NCBI RefSeq assembly: GCF_009914755.1 | Contig: NC_060948.1 | DNA: 64,000 nucleotides | Source of the DNA: the human T2T-CHM13v2.0 reference genome, Homo sapiens | Direction: 5' to 3' (one strand) | In this document: one piece after another, positions 15,187 through 35,789 of the stretch | Layout: every line of letters begins with the position of its first letter | Position numbering within the stretch: the stretch's first letter is position 1 | The notes under the pieces: generated by a model | What the model was told of the DNA's origin: nothing | The model's database searches: none | What the model saw: the letters and a program-made list of their open reading frames with translations, nothing else | Translations under genes and position numbers: made by a program

Positions 15187-17395
15187 CAATAAGAAATGAA
15201 ACAGGATACATTGCCACTGATGCCACAGAAATAAAAAGGATTATGAGAGACTACTATAAGGAATTACATATCAACGAATTGGATTGTCTAGAGGAAACAG
15301 ATAAATTCCAAGAAGCATATAACCTACCAAGACTGACTCATGAAGAAATAGAAAACCTGAGCAGACCTATGGCTTTTAAGAAAATTGAGTTACTAATCAA
15401 AAACCTCTCAACAAGGAAAATACAAGGGACAGAGAGCTTCATAGGTGAATTCTAGCAAACATTTAAACAATAATTAACACCAGTCCTTCTCAAACTCTAA
15501 CAAAAAATGGAAGAGGGAGGAATGCTTCCAAACTCATTTTACAAGTTCAGGATTCCCTTGATATAAATGCCAGAAAAAAAACACCACAAGAAAAAAAAAT
15601 ACAAGTCAATGTCACTGATGAATATATATGCAAAATCATCAAAAAATACTAGCAAACCAAGTTCAATATCACATTAAAAGAATAGTACACACTTACCAAG
15701 TAAGATTTGTCCTTAAGTTGAAAGAATGTTTCAGTATTACACAATCAATATGATAAATCACATTTTCACAATGAAGAATATAGTCATATGATTATATCCA
15801 CAGATGCAGGAATAATATTTGACAAAAGTCAACACTTTTTATAATACAATCTTTCAACAAATTAGGTATAGAAGAAATGTATCACAACATAATAAAGGGC
15901 ATAAATGAGAAGCCCACAGCTAATATCATAGGTAATGAAAAGAAGCTGAAAATGTTTCTTCTCAGATGAGGACAAAGTAGAGGATGACCACTCTTCCCAC
16001 TTTTATTTAACATAATACTGGAAATCCTAGCCAGAGCAATAAGATACAAAAAAAAAAAAATCCATATTGCAAAAGAAGAACTAAAATTATCTCTGTATGC
16101 AAATGATATTTTATATGTAGAAAATCCTTAAAATCTCCACCAAAAAAAAAACTGTTAAAACAAAGAAATTTAGTAAAGTTTCAGGATTCAAAATTAACAT
16201 ACAAAAATCAGTTGTGTTTATATATACTAGCAGTAAACTATTCAGAAAGAAAATTTAGAAAACAATCTCGTTTACAATGGCATCAAAAAGAATACAGTAT
16301 TTATTAATAGTTTCAATCAAAGAGATAAAAATATTGTACAATGAAAACTGCAAGCCATTGATTACAGAAATTAAAAATGATATAAATAAATGGAAAGACA
16401 TTTTGTGTTCATGGATTGAAACACATAATACTGTCAAAATGCCCATACTGCCCAAAACAGTCTACAGATACAATGCTATCCTTATGAAAATCTCAATGAC
16501 ATTTTATAAAAATAGAAAAAAATCAAGTTTATATGAAACCACAAGAGACCACAAAGAGCCAAAACAATCTTGAGAAGAACAAAGCTGGAGGTATCATACA
16601 TTCTGATTTCAAATTATACTGCAGAGCTACAGTAATCAAAACAGTATAGTACAGGTGTAAAAACAGACATATAGCCCAGTGGAACAAAATGTAGAGCTCA
16701 GAAATAAATTCATGAATATATGACTAACTGATCTTTGGCATAGTTTCCAAGAATACATAATGGGTAGAAGATAATCTTGTCTACAAATAGTATCAGGAAA
16801 ACTGGACATCCATATGAAAACAATGAAATTGAATTCTTACACCATATACAAACATTTACACAAAATTGATTGAAGACAAATGTAAGACTTGACATTATAA
16901 ATTTCTTAGAACACATATGAAAATAGCTTCTTGACATTGTCTTTGTGATGTTTTCTTGAATATGACACAAAAACCATAGGCAATGGAAGCAAAAGTAGTT
17001 GGGATTGCATCAAACTAAAAGCTTCTAGACAGGAAAAGAAATAATAAAAAGAATGAAAAGGCAACCTACAGAATAGAAGAAAATGTTTGCAAACAGTGTA
17101 TATGACAAAGAGCTAATGTGTGAAATATACAAATCATTCACGTGTGTATGTACTTTTTTCAAAACAAATTAATAGCAATTCAATAGAAAAAATAAAGAAA
17201 AAATAAATATTAAAAAGTAGACAAAAGCCTTGTATGACATTTTTTTTCCAAAAAAATATACAAATGGCTAACAGAGATATAATAAAGAGGCTCCACAACA
17301 CTACTCATTAGGAAAATGCACTTAAAACCCTAATGGAATATGATCTCAGACCTGTTAGAGTGGCTGTTACAAAATGATAAAAGATTGTGAAGATA
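15187..17395 (+). mobile_element. L1MA/L1MB ORF2 fragment
   Basis: Peptides RDYYKELHINELDCLEETDKFQEAYNLPRL and NKWKDILCSWIETHNTVKMPILPK, with many stops and frameshifts. Confidence 0.9.
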
Positions 17396-17484
17396 AGATA
17401 AAAATCCCCTTATGCTTCTAACAGAAAGAGGGAAAAGTAATCATTTTGAAATATGCCTGAGTATTTTATTCTCCTCAACAAAGA

Positions 17485-17521
17485 TGTATTAGTCAGAATT
17501 ATCCAGAGAAATAGAACCAAT

Positions 17522-17564
<43 letters not shown>

Positions 17565-18044
17565 AAAATTTATCATAGGAATTGGCTCACATAATTATAG
17601 AGGCCAAAATGTTTCATAACATGCTGTCTGCCAGCTGGAGAACCAGGAAAGCCATTGGCGTAATTCAATCCCAATGGCCTGAGGAGCAAGAGTGACAGTG
17701 GTGTCATCCAATCTGAGGCCAAAGGCCTGAGAACTGGGGGTAGGGTTGTACTAGCTTAAGTCTTAGAGTCTGCAGGCTGAGGAATCAGCACCTCTCATGT
17801 CTAAGGGAAGAAGGTGGATGTCACAGGTCAAGAAAAGAGAAGATGAAATTTGCTCTGAGTTTTTGTTATATCTGGGCCTTCAACAGATGGCATAATGCCT
17901 GCCCACACTGGTGAAGGTGGACCATTTTTACTTAGTCTCCTGATTCAATGCTAATCATTTTGAGAAACACAGAGAAAAAATGTTTTATCAGCTTTTGGGC
18001 ATCCCTTTGTCCAGTCAAGTTGACACCTACACTTAACCATCACC
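17485..18044 (-). mobile_element. MLT2B/C/D-type LTR (3' LTR of an ERVL provirus) with internal (GA)n
   Basis: tgtattagtcagaattatccagagaaatagaaccaata ... ccagtcaagttgacacctacacttaaccatcac. (GA)n at 17526-17560. Confidence 0.88.
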
Positions 18045-20970
18045 AGACCATCCCTTTTGAACTTGCTACTCATATGCATCTCCTTAAACGATAATCTACA
18101 AATAAAGACAAGGAGAAGCTAATGATTCTGCCTAATATGATATAACTAACCTGTATACAACTGAAAATACACTACTACCGTCTTCAGAAAAAGTAGTCTT
18201 TAAGTGATGTTCAGTCTTCACCTGATTCCCTGTAACTTAATATGATGTAAAACTAAAACTTCTTAAAAACAGATTTAAAATAATGCATCTTATGTTACAT
18301 GATAAGGAAATAAGAGAAGAAAGAAAACAAAGATAGATAATTAATACATGTATATAAATACACATGTATTTATAACATAAGAAGGAAATACTCATGACAG
18401 TTACAGTTTTCTGTTCTGTAACTGGTCATGTCATCATAGCTAGTATTTATCATTACCTTCTCCCACTCATTCTGTGTACATTTGCCTTCAGGAAGATCCT
18501 TAGCTGATTATAGTTCTTTCTTTAACTGGTGTGGTAATCACAACTTTTATTCCTGAAAGGTCTGGACCTTTATTTGTCTTCCCTGGATTGGGTTGTTAGA
18601 GCTCGCCATTGACATTAATCACAAGGCATGGTAATATTAAGACAAGACCTAAATGAGCTCTTGTATTCCGGACATACTCTTATTTACTTCCATTGTAGAG
18701 TGGTAGTCTAATTTTCCACTGGTAGTCCGTATCAATCATCTCTGCCAATTCTGTAACTCTTTTCTTGAACTATTTACTCTAAGACATAAGGAGCCCAAAT
18801 TAGCTAGGTGGCAGTCTTAACTTTTTATAGTTCAATAAAATTATTGTTATACTCTAGGCCAGCAGAGTATAAAGCCCTGGGATCAGGAAGAAACATTTTG
18901 CTAGTGTGTCACACGGGATAATAGTGAGTGGTGCCACTCCCATTTTTATCCCTTAATTCCTGGACCTATTAATCCTAGCTATAGGAGGAACAGTACTATA
19001 TGTTGGATGCTGATTCAAAGCACATATGGCAATCTGGAAAACCCTGCCCCACTCCTATAAGGTATTTTCACCTACCTGGTGCTGTAACAGAGTCTTCAAA
19101 AGGCAATTCCACATTCTATCAAGGCAGCTGCTTTAGGATAGTGTGGAACATGGTAAGACCAGTGAATTCCATAAGTATCAGCCCATTGCCACACTTTTTT
19201 AGCTGTGAAGTGATTTCCTTGTTTAAAAGCAACACAGTGTATAATACTATGACAGTGGATAAGGCATACTGTAAGTCCATGGATGATAGTTTTAACAGAA
19301 GCATTTCATGCAGGAAAGGTAAGAGTCAGTGTCTATTCTAATAAGGATAAAACAATGTCTCTCTTATGATAGAAGTGATATAATGTAACCAACTTGCCAA
19401 CAAGTAGCTGGATGATCACCCTGGAAAGTGGTGCCATACTGGGGACAGAGTGTTGCTCTCTGCTACTCACATATTGGGCACTCAGTGGTGGCTATAGCCC
19501 AGTCGGCCTTGCGAGGTGAAAGTCCACATTGCTGAGCACATTCATAACTTCTACCCCTATTACTATGGCCACGTTATTCATGAGTCCATTATGCAATGAC
19601 AGAAGTGGCTGGAGATATAGGATGACTGGATTCCGCAGAAAAGATAATTCTATCCACTTAACTATTAAAATCCTCCTCTGATGTGGCCACTCTTTTTTGA
19701 GCATTCACATAGGACACAAATATCTTCACTTTTTTTTCCCATTCAGAGTGGTCTATCCACATCCTTCATCCCAAAATTTCTTTGTTACCAATTGGCAAAT
19801 CATGCGCTTTCAAATCTCTGACCATCCAACCAAATCATTGATGACAGCCCAGAAGTTGGTATATAATTGCTCATCTAGTCTTTTCTCTTTCCAAGCAAAG
19901 CACATAACCAGGTTCAGTGCCCAAAATTATTTATATTGGAAGGACTTACCTTCATCACTATCTATCAGGGACGTCCTAGAGAGAGGCTGCGGTGCTTCAG
20001 CTGCCCACTCTCAGGTAGTGCCTTGAGTTTGGTGCAGAACCATTTATAAATCAAGCTCAATTTTTCTCTTACTCTGTCAATTGATCATAGAAAATTCCCA
20101 TGAGGCCATAGGTGCAGGCTGGGAGAGAGATGACAGTGTAGTAGGAGTGGAAGCCATGGGCATTTGAACAGTTTTTTTGTTTTAATTGGGGAAATGTAGC
20201 CTCTGAGGAAATCCGAAAGTATACATTCCCTTTATTTTGTCAATTTTGTTTTAGGCCACTTCATGTAACATACTTGGGCCTGCTTGGGCCTAAGTATGCA
20301 TATGCCACTTCTACTTGATGATGTAGTGCTTTTGTACATGCCAGATTTTATGGCTGGATTGATCATGTGATGCCAAGTTCAAGATAAGTAGCTCAGTTCA
20401 CATGGTAACTTGGTGACCTATGTTCAAGCATTTAGTTCTATAAAGGCCCCATAGTAGGCCAAGGGCTGTATCTCAGAGGGAGAATAGATATCCTCATATA
20501 ATGACAGGGCTAGTCTCTAAGATCCTGAAGACCTGCTCTGTTGTTCACCTATAGGGGCTTGCTAGAGCCTCCAAAGAACATCCCTATCTGCCACTGAAAC
20601 TTCAAGCACCTTGAGATCTGCTGGATCATATGGCCCATGTGGCAGAGCAGCTTGCACAGCAGCCTGCCTCTTGCAGAGGTTTTTCTTATTTTGAGGACCA
20701 TTTAAAACTAGCATATTTTTAGGTCACTCTTTGTAACATACCCAAATGTGAAATATGCTGCCTCCAAAATCTAACTATATTCACTAGATATTGTGCCCCT
20801 TTTTTGGATGTAGGAGGAGCCAGATGCAACAATTTATCCTTCATCTTGGATGAAATATTACATGTCCCACATCACTTGTTCCCTAGAAATTTCACTGAGG
20901 TAGAAGATCCTTTAATTTAGTTATATTTATTTCCCACCCTCTCATGGGCAAATGTCTTACCAGTAAGTCT
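18045..20970 (-). mobile_element. ERVL internal remnant (pol: RT end, RNase H, integrase, dUTPase region), 5'-truncated
   Basis: The reverse complement near 19100-19170 reads GIHWSYHVPHYPKAAALIE, matching the ERVL integrase motif GIHWSYHVPHHPEAAGLIE. It directly abuts the MLT2 LTR. Confidence 0.88.
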
Positions 20971-20973
20971 AGA

Positions 20974-21150
20974 GTATATATATTTATATATTTATATAGG
21001 TATATATTAATATATGCATATATTATTTATATACATATTATTTATATATTATACATTATATTATATATGTTTATACTATATACATACTCAGGATTGTATG
21101 TGTGTATATATATACATTATATATTACATGTATTCTCATAATATATATGT
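20974..21150. repeat. Imperfect (TA)n-rich simple repeat
   Basis: About 175 bp dominated by tatata runs. Confidence 0.9.
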
Positions 21151-22559
21151 GGGAACAAGTGCTGTCAATCTGAATAAACTTAGATATTAATGATGTACTT
21201 GGTTTATGATGTGGCTGCATTAGACTCATAGCCATATAAACCAAAAAAATTGTAAAAACTGATGGTATATTTGATTTGAAGACCTCCAGATTCAAGATGC
21301 ATAATTATTATTGTTTCGTAAGGTACCTTTAGAAAGTTGATAAGACTGATGGAAGATTAACTTCCTAGCTATCACACAGATAAAAATTCAATGTTGCCCA
21401 CATTTATTTTGGTATAACCTTTGGAAATGGTCTGTAGTCCTCTTTGCACTCATATTCATGTACTTAAATTTTAAATTCAATTGTATTTTCACTTTATTAT
21501 AAAATATAAATATAATATTTGTGAACATAAAATTTGCAATTAAGGTACAGATTACTATAAATTCCACTAAGACTTTTGTTCATGGAAGCAGCACTTGCTC
21601 TTATAAGTATTAGAATGTAATAAATTTAAGAAGTTCTGAGCCCAAAAAAACTGAAAGCATTACAATTAAAGAGAACATTTGCCATTTACTTGAAGTTAAT
21701 ATTTTTCACTTTACACTTTATTGCACACTATCTTTCCTTCTTATCTATTAAACATGTTGTGAGCCATTAAGAAAGTGCTAATTTTTTGTCAGTGGGGAAT
21801 AACGTAAGATGAATTTTCACATTTATTGGACTGCTTCTTAGCCTATGTGGTCATTTATTCTTAAGAGTGTTTTGAATAGTACCAACTAGCAATAATGACT
21901 GTAAACTAATACAGTTTCTAATGGCAGATTGCATTAGGAGAGTGTCCAAATTATGTAGCTCCAGGAGTGCTATATTTCTTGCTGTATTTTATTATCCATT
22001 TTGTCTTGAAAAAAGGTTACATAGCTTAAGCTCAATATTAAATCTCTGCTTTTTGCCTCTTTTAAAAACTATCACAGAATATAGCAAAAAGGTCTTTAGG
22101 GAAGACACAGCATTAGAATTTTAACTTAGCCATGTTGTAAATTATGGCACATGATTTGTTACACAAATTACACATAATTTAGCTAATTACTAAACAACCC
22201 TCATTTTCTTATTGCCAATATGTAATATTTATATATTTATATAAACCAATGTAAAGTCAGAAAATCAATAAATATTATATTATGGAAAATAATTAAAATT
22301 AGAATAGATCTTGGTCATAAATAAATTTGTTCAAGCTTATGAACTTATTTACATCTAAAAAACCTCAACCCAAAATGTATTTTTCCAATATCTCATGCTT
22401 TGGATATTTGAAGAAGCCATTGAATAGCTTTTCAAGTATATAGATAATAAGTCAAAATTATTTCAGATTATGTTAGGTAGTTCTAGTTAGTGATATGTAT
22501 GTATTATATAATTAATGTAAAAGTTATTTTTATATAATGTACACAATTATAAGTTTTCC

Positions 22560-22780
22560 TTGAGCTCTTAATGTGTGCTAAACCCTCTTACACACATTTG
22601 CATACATTATATCATTTAACCTGCAGAAAAACCATAAAGATGGACATCATTATTGTTTACATTTTATAAATGAAGAAACTGAACAAGAAATTTGATAACT
22701 GTTCAAGAGTATTCTGTGACTGACCTAGGATGTAAATCCACACTTCTCTATGGGTGTCACTTTATTCTGTCATTCAGTCT
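22560..22780 (-). mobile_element. MIR
   Basis: Core attattgtttacattttataaatgaagaaactga. Confidence 0.7.
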
Positions 22781-22789
22781 ACATCTGAA

Positions 22790-23620
22790 TCCTGACTATG
22801 TGTCTAATGCTAAGACTGCAGCTGAGAATAAGTCAAAGAAAGTACCTGCATTTAAACAATTCTAGTGGAGAAAAAATAAACATGCAAATACATTAGTAAA
22901 ATGATTTTGGTAACTATGAAGAAAATAGAATAAGGTGATATGGCAGAGATGAACTGGCTGTGGAGCATGGCCACTGCCCTAGTAAAGGTCATTTTAGAGA
23001 AAATGTTTCTAAAGAGTTGACATATGACTTGAGCCTTGAATGATGAGAAGGGATCAACCATGTAAATTTTGAAGGGAAAACCTAAGTAATTGGATTAGAA
23101 AAGTGTAAAGCCTTGTAATAGGTACTTAAAGGAACCCATTTTGTCTGGAGCTTAGGGAAGCAGGAAAAAAAGAAAGTAGATGATATAGAAGATGTAGGTA
23201 GGGGCAAAGTCATGTAGTAATATGTAGGCCATGGTATGGATATTGATTTTTATTCTGAATACAATGAGAATCCATTGTAAACTCTTGAGTAGTAGTATCT
23301 GATTTAAGTTTTATAAAGTTTATAAAACCGTGATATGGAGAGCTCCTCTAGGGTTGCAAGAGTGGGTGGAGGGAAATACATTGATTCACTGTGATAGAAA
23401 ATATTTGGATAGACAGATTTGGGAGTAAAATTATAGTTCTGTTATAGCATTGTTGACTTTGATATGCTCATTAGACAAGTGAGTGGAGAATTTAGGAAAG
23501 TAGTTGGATATAAAATCCAGACTACAGAAAAAGTTCAGCAAATTGTGTTCGGAGTTGTAGGACTGGATGAGATCACCCAGAAAAAATTCATAAATAGAAG
23601 AATCGTAAAGGGAGCAGAGA
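22790..23620 (-). mobile_element. L2 (L2a-like) fragment
   Basis: gactatgtgtctaatgctaag...ttctagtggag, gatattgatttttattctgaatacaatgagaatccattg, ggactggatgagatcaccc. Confidence 0.75.
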
Positions 23621-23882
23621 CTTGAATCATCTCAAGGAATTTGTTAACCTACCAAAGAATAAACTTTTTCTAAATTGGACAAAGTCATCCCTTCTAGACA
23701 TGTGCCTTTTCTGGTAATCAAAAATCAAATAGAAACAAAAATATGTTATCTCTTTAGAAAGGTGCAGTCTTGAGAACATAGGGTTTGTCTAGAAGAATTC
23801 CATTCCTACCAGCAGAAGTAGCTGAAGGAAAATCTGGATTCAAGGTGTCAGTAATGGTAGTAGTCATAGTAGCAGTAATAAA

Positions 23883-23910
<28 letters not shown>
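23883..23910. repeat. (TG)14 microsatellite
   Basis: Direct reading. Confidence 0.95.
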
Positions 23911-23916
<6 letters not shown>

Positions 23917-24391
23917 AAATACAAAAAAGGGATGTGAAGATATGGATACATGCTGATTGAATTGACTCAGTAGAGACAGAAGTTGAAAACACAGAAGTCA
24001 AACAGAGATATAATAAAAAAAAAAGGTCATGGAGAAGATATGAATGTGTGAAATTAAGGGAAAAGTGGAAGAGCTATTTTATATAGTCGCGCAAACACTT
24101 GGTCTGTTTTTTTCATATACAACAAGCTTATTTTGAAAGAAGGCAGATATAAAATAAGACTGTGGTATCTAGAGGCATTGTTTCATACCAGAAAAAGTTA
24201 CCCATTATTCTTACTGTCCCTAAACACATATTAAATGTTTCTTCAGTTCTCTCATGTGAGAATAAAGTGTGTGTGTGTATATATATATATACACATATAA
24301 AATATTACATATGTAGGTATACATACATATTACAGGTGTTCTATTCAGACACTTAAAGCTTTAATCCCTTCCTTCTTCAGTATATTTCAAA

Positions 24392-31150
<6,759 letters not shown>

Positions 31151-31269
31151 CTTTCTCATTCTCTACTGTTTTAAAAGGGAAAGCACTGTGTATGTGTATA
31201 TAATGGTAGAATGTATGATACGAATGTCAAAGTCATTATATCCTAATTGCATGTTTTTCCATGAAGTAT

Positions 31270-32085
31270 ATGTCTAGGTCATTAGCTGAGGTAGGTGATT
31301 CTGACTAAGACTTTGAGAAGAAAAAATAAGGGTTAAAATACCTGTCTTTGAGAAAAGGAAATGAAATTTTTAGAGAAGTGTAGTAAAAATTTTGTCAGTG
31401 TTGATTATTCACTTGATAAACTATGTCATAACTTTTCAGCAAATCCAATCAACATGGTTTTGTGAGTTTTCTCCAACATCATCCAGATATTTTGTACACC
31501 ATGGAGTTAACAGTAAACTATATTGATCTAAAAAGGTTGAAACCCAATAGCCAAAGATAGAACCATGAGATTGTGTAGCTGAATTGAGGTGGATGATAAA
31601 AACATTAGTCATGAGACAAAAGAAGCTAGCCTGATGAAGAATCAGAAGCTAGCATCTTGAGTTTCTTGTCTATATGGATAAAGAAGTTTTTAGGAATGAT
31701 GATGAAGTGAGCTACCGTAAAATAAGTATTAAATTAAATATTGTATGAATTAAATATTGTGTCTAGGTTGATACATGTCAGCGACATGGAGCACTTGCAA
31801 GTAGTAAAATCCGATGATATATTTGAAAGGAACTTGTTTTTGTATAAAAGGAAGACAGTCTGGAAGTGGTGGGAAGTAAGGAAGCCGCTTATCTATCACC
31901 AGGCTCTGGCATGATGCAGATGGGGAGGATGCTGTGCTTGAGAGAGCTTTAGAAAAAGCTGTATCTTTTTGAGTGAAATAAAGTGAAAGGCGTATTCAAG
32001 GTACAGTTGGAATATGTAGAAATGTTTGCTGTTGATCACTTTTGAGCTCCAGAAAGACAACTACAACATTTAGTAAAGGTGGTGA
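31270..32085 (-). mobile_element. Possible ancient L2 internal fragment
   Basis: Purine-rich degraded sequence resembling antisense L2 body. No diagnostic terminus seen. Confidence 0.3.
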
Positions 32086-32087
32086 AG

Positions 32088-32137
32088 TGTGTGCTTGTGT
32101 GTGTGTGTGTGTGTTTGTGTGTATGTGTGTCTGTGTG
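32088..32137. repeat. Imperfect (TG)n
   Basis: Direct reading. Confidence 0.9.
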
Positions 32138-32384
32138 CTATAGTGGGGAAAGCGAATGAGGTCAGATTTGAGGATTTATAGACAACTATGGGACTGAGTG
32201 TTTATAGAAGGATGTATTGCTCAGTGATGCGCGGTGACACTAGACTTGAAAGTAGGAACAAGCAGAATATGAATATGTTTCGGTGGCAGCTGGAAACACT
32301 GGAAGTTTGACTTATTTTCTATTCTAAGTTTCACTGCCTACAGATAGGCTAAGGATGTATAAGGATGTATCTTTTGATCCATTA

Positions 32385-32495
32385 AAGCTGATCCATGGAG
32401 CAAAAATTCTGGATATAATGCTTCAGTGAAGAATCTGCATTTTGAAACACTCCTCAGGTGATACAGATGTTCAGTAACGTTTGAGAGAGACTGGT
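32385..32495. mobile_element. MER5-like hAT-Charlie fragment
   Basis: gaatctgcattttgaaacactcctcaggtgatacagatg...gtttgagagagactgg. Confidence 0.65.
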
Positions 32496-32529
32496 TTAGT
32501 AAAAATTTATAGAAGACTTACCACAATAA

Positions 32530-32643
32530 TTATTTATATTTATATATTTATATATATGTGTGTATATATATATATTTATATATATGTGTGTATATATATA
32601 TATTTATATATATGTGTGTATATATATATATACATTTATATAC
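32530..32643. repeat. TA-rich minisatellite-like repeat (tatatttatatatatgtgtgtata units)
   Basis: Three to four units of about 26-28 bp read directly. Confidence 0.9.
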
Positions 32644-33079
32644 TATTTGAAAATAGAATGTGAATCATATATAAATAACCTTCTTATAATGATTGAGGGT
32701 ACTTAAAGCAATAAACTCTTGAGCATTTTATGCATTAGTTTTATAATTATTTTTATTTAATTAATGTGCATACTCCTTGAAGAAAAGAATTGCTAAGCAA
32801 AGGTAAACTAGGAATTACCTTCTATTCAATTATCATGAATGTTTAATTAAAAGAGTTTAAATTAATTGTGTTACATTATTTACTTGTGTATGTAATTAAT
32901 CTACATTTAGAATTTATTATTAAATGTTTGGGAAAGCAGTATCAAAATTCTTGAATGTATATGATTTTGAAAAAGTCTTGTATAATTGCTCCTATTTGAA
33001 ATATTATTACAATGCAAAAGTTTGTTATTTATAGCTATAATTTAATTCTAATGCTTATCTGCCAATACCTCTATGTTGG

Positions 33080-33335
33080 TGATACAATAACTAACATGTA
33101 TTACAGGCTTAGTAGATTCCAGGTGTCAATGTATGTACTAATAAACCTATTCATCACAACCACCTTATGAGTCAGTTACTAGTTTTTGTCTGTTTTAAGC
33201 TCTCAGAGAAACTGAAGTATATGTTTGTTAAATAATTTGATCAAGGTCTCCCATTTAGTAAGTGGCAGGGCAGAGACCCCAAAATAAGTAGTTAGATTCC
33301 AAGCCTGAACTGTTAATTACTGTATTCTATAGCTT
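33080..33335 (-). mobile_element. MIR
   Basis: acaataactaacatgtatt...cagagaaactgaag...caaggtctcccatttagtaagtggcagggc. Confidence 0.75.
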
Positions 33336-34588
33336 CCTAAAACTACTGCTCAAAGGGCAGTGGTAGACAATTTGTGATGAATAGATCTTTAAAATTTAGG
33401 TGGTTCAATATTTTATGTTGGTTTATTTAGGTGGTTCAATATTCAGAGGAAAATGTAATTATGACTTACCCATTGAAAAGCTATAAAAATTCCATGCAAT
33501 ACCTATTTTCTTGCAGCAAAAAGCAGGACATAATAGTGAAATAAACAGAGTCAGTGAAAGTGTAATTTTAATCTTCGGCCACTCACCAAAATTGACACAC
33601 AACAATTTAAAAAAAAAATGTGACATCCTTGCATTTCTAACTTAAATTGGTGTTTTCCAAATTTCCCACGTGGATATCTTGATACAATACATATTCCTAA
33701 GAACATCCACTGGGGTTTCTGGTTCATTCGGTCCAAACTTGTAAGTAAGAAATATTTATTTTAAACAAACACCCTACTTGATTTTTATGATCTGGGAAGC
33801 AATGGCCTGAACTCTAGATTAAATTGTTTTGGAGTTGTAAAGTATGATCTAAGAATATACAAGCACATCTCTTTGTTAAACCAAAACGACATTTGATTAA
33901 AAAGATTTTTGAAAATTGAAGCATGATTTTAAATTCTGAGACAGCAATGATTTATCTTGCTGCTGATTTTTTTCTAGAAAAGTACACTTTTGTTATAGCC
34001 ATTACCCCTTCACCCTTGCCTTCTTATTTATTTGTATTTTTTAATTTAATATAAAATTTTGTTGACACTACTTCTACACTTCAATTCAGAAGAGTTATAT
34101 TTCACAATACCTTAGAACAAGGATTCAGCTTAGGATCAGACAAGTACACATCATGTAAAAATTGTAATATTATTGTGAATCAGCGTCATTCTCTGTATCT
34201 CCAACTTCACACATAGTATCAGAACATGGAAGCAAAATGCTGAATAGAAAAAAATAGAAAATTAATATTAATATGGGAATCTAGGAAAGGACTAAATTTG
34301 TTGCTTGAGATTTAAAATACTGTAGAATTCTGGTTTTGTGCTCACATATTTGTTTGCAACTTTATTTGTCGTTCATTTCTTGAAGAAGGAAGGTAATTTT
34401 TTAAATGAGGTATTTTCCAAAGTCGTCTTCAGTGTGACTACTGTGGGCATCTTTTAGCCCCCTCAATGGTAGAAAACAGAGAATTACTGAACAAAAAGTA
34501 ACCCACAAAGCTGATTTCCCTGCTATGATAATTCATAGTAATCCACTGAGTGATTGAAACTGTATATTCTGCTTGCTGAAATTAATGT

Positions 34589-34890
34589 GTTTTGTTTGTT
34601 TGTTTGTTTGATTTTAAGACAGGGTTTCATTCTATTGCTCAGGCTGGAGTACAGTGGTATGGTCATAACTCACTGTAACCTTGAACTTCTGGGCTCAAGC
34701 AATCCTCCCACATCAACTTCCCAAGTAGCAAGGACTACTGTTGCATATTACCACACCCAACTAAATTCTTTTTCATTTTCTGTAGAGATGAGGTCTCACA
34801 ATGTTGCCCAGGATGATCTCAAACTCCTGGCCTCAAGCAACCCCCCAACTTCCGCCTCCCAAAGAGGTGGGATTACAGGCATGAGTCATG
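34589..34890 (-). mobile_element. AluJ
   Basis: (TTTG)n tail, agacagggtttcattc, ctgggctcaagcaatcctccc (J diagnostic), gggattacaggcatgag. Confidence 0.92.
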
Positions 34891-35789
34891 TTTTAACATC
34901 TAGAAGAGGATTGTCAGGAATAAATTCAGAATACCCATATTACCTATTTCCAGTACCAATCTCTGAATTTTTTTTAGTTAATAAGCACTTTCTCTTCTTC
35001 TGTTTCATATCCTTGGAATTTGTTTAATTTATGCTTTCTTTCTAATTTCCCAACCCTAGATTTTCTCTATCCTGCAAAGTCATCAAGACTCTTACTTTGC
35101 TAGTTCTAAATTGTGGTAGAACATAGAATAATGGAAGTAAAACCATGTGTTTTCAATTGTAGCACACATACATTGATGGCCTATTTGTGTAAAAATATGG
35201 ATTCTTTCTTTATTTATTTTCTTTATTACTGACATGACCTGGCATCTCCTGCTTTCAATTTGTCCTGAGAATTTGTATACATAGATCTTACATTCAATAA
35301 GATATTGGTTTCTAAAGACAGAAGAAAATTAAGACAACCTTCAGTCCAAATCAAGAAAAATGAAGAATAAGAAGTCCATATAAATAAAGATCCACAATCT
35401 CCTGGGTACAATGACATTTTTAGAACAAGCACAGATACCTAATTTCTGTTCTCTACATTATGAAGAAAGAAAGGCTAAAGAAATTAAAACCCAAAGAAAA
35501 TCATTTCCCAGACACAGAGTAGTTTATCAACCACATGCTCTGAATTTAAAGTAATTTCTACTAGATAAATTTCTGAAGAGACTAGTTTAAAAGGAAACAC
35601 AAAGTGTTAACTCCCAATTAAGTGAGGCAATGCCAAAAATAAATTGCAAGGACATAGGATATTAGGCAAAAATTATGAAATGAGACAAAAATCTATGACA
35701 TTATAGTGATATTTTTCAAAAAGAAATGATGTCTGTGAGCATCTAGTCAGCAAAAAATGCAACCACCATCACGTCACTGTTCTTTTTAT

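Noticed and set aside
33580-33745. Splice-donor-like motifs on both strands around a short open stretch
   Set aside because: No matching acceptor with a pyrimidine tract and no recognisable peptide. Such motifs are expected by chance.
34554-35027. 157-aa ORF
   Set aside because: Mostly antisense AluJ translation (LRLEYSGMVITHCNLELLGSSNPP), a known artefact.
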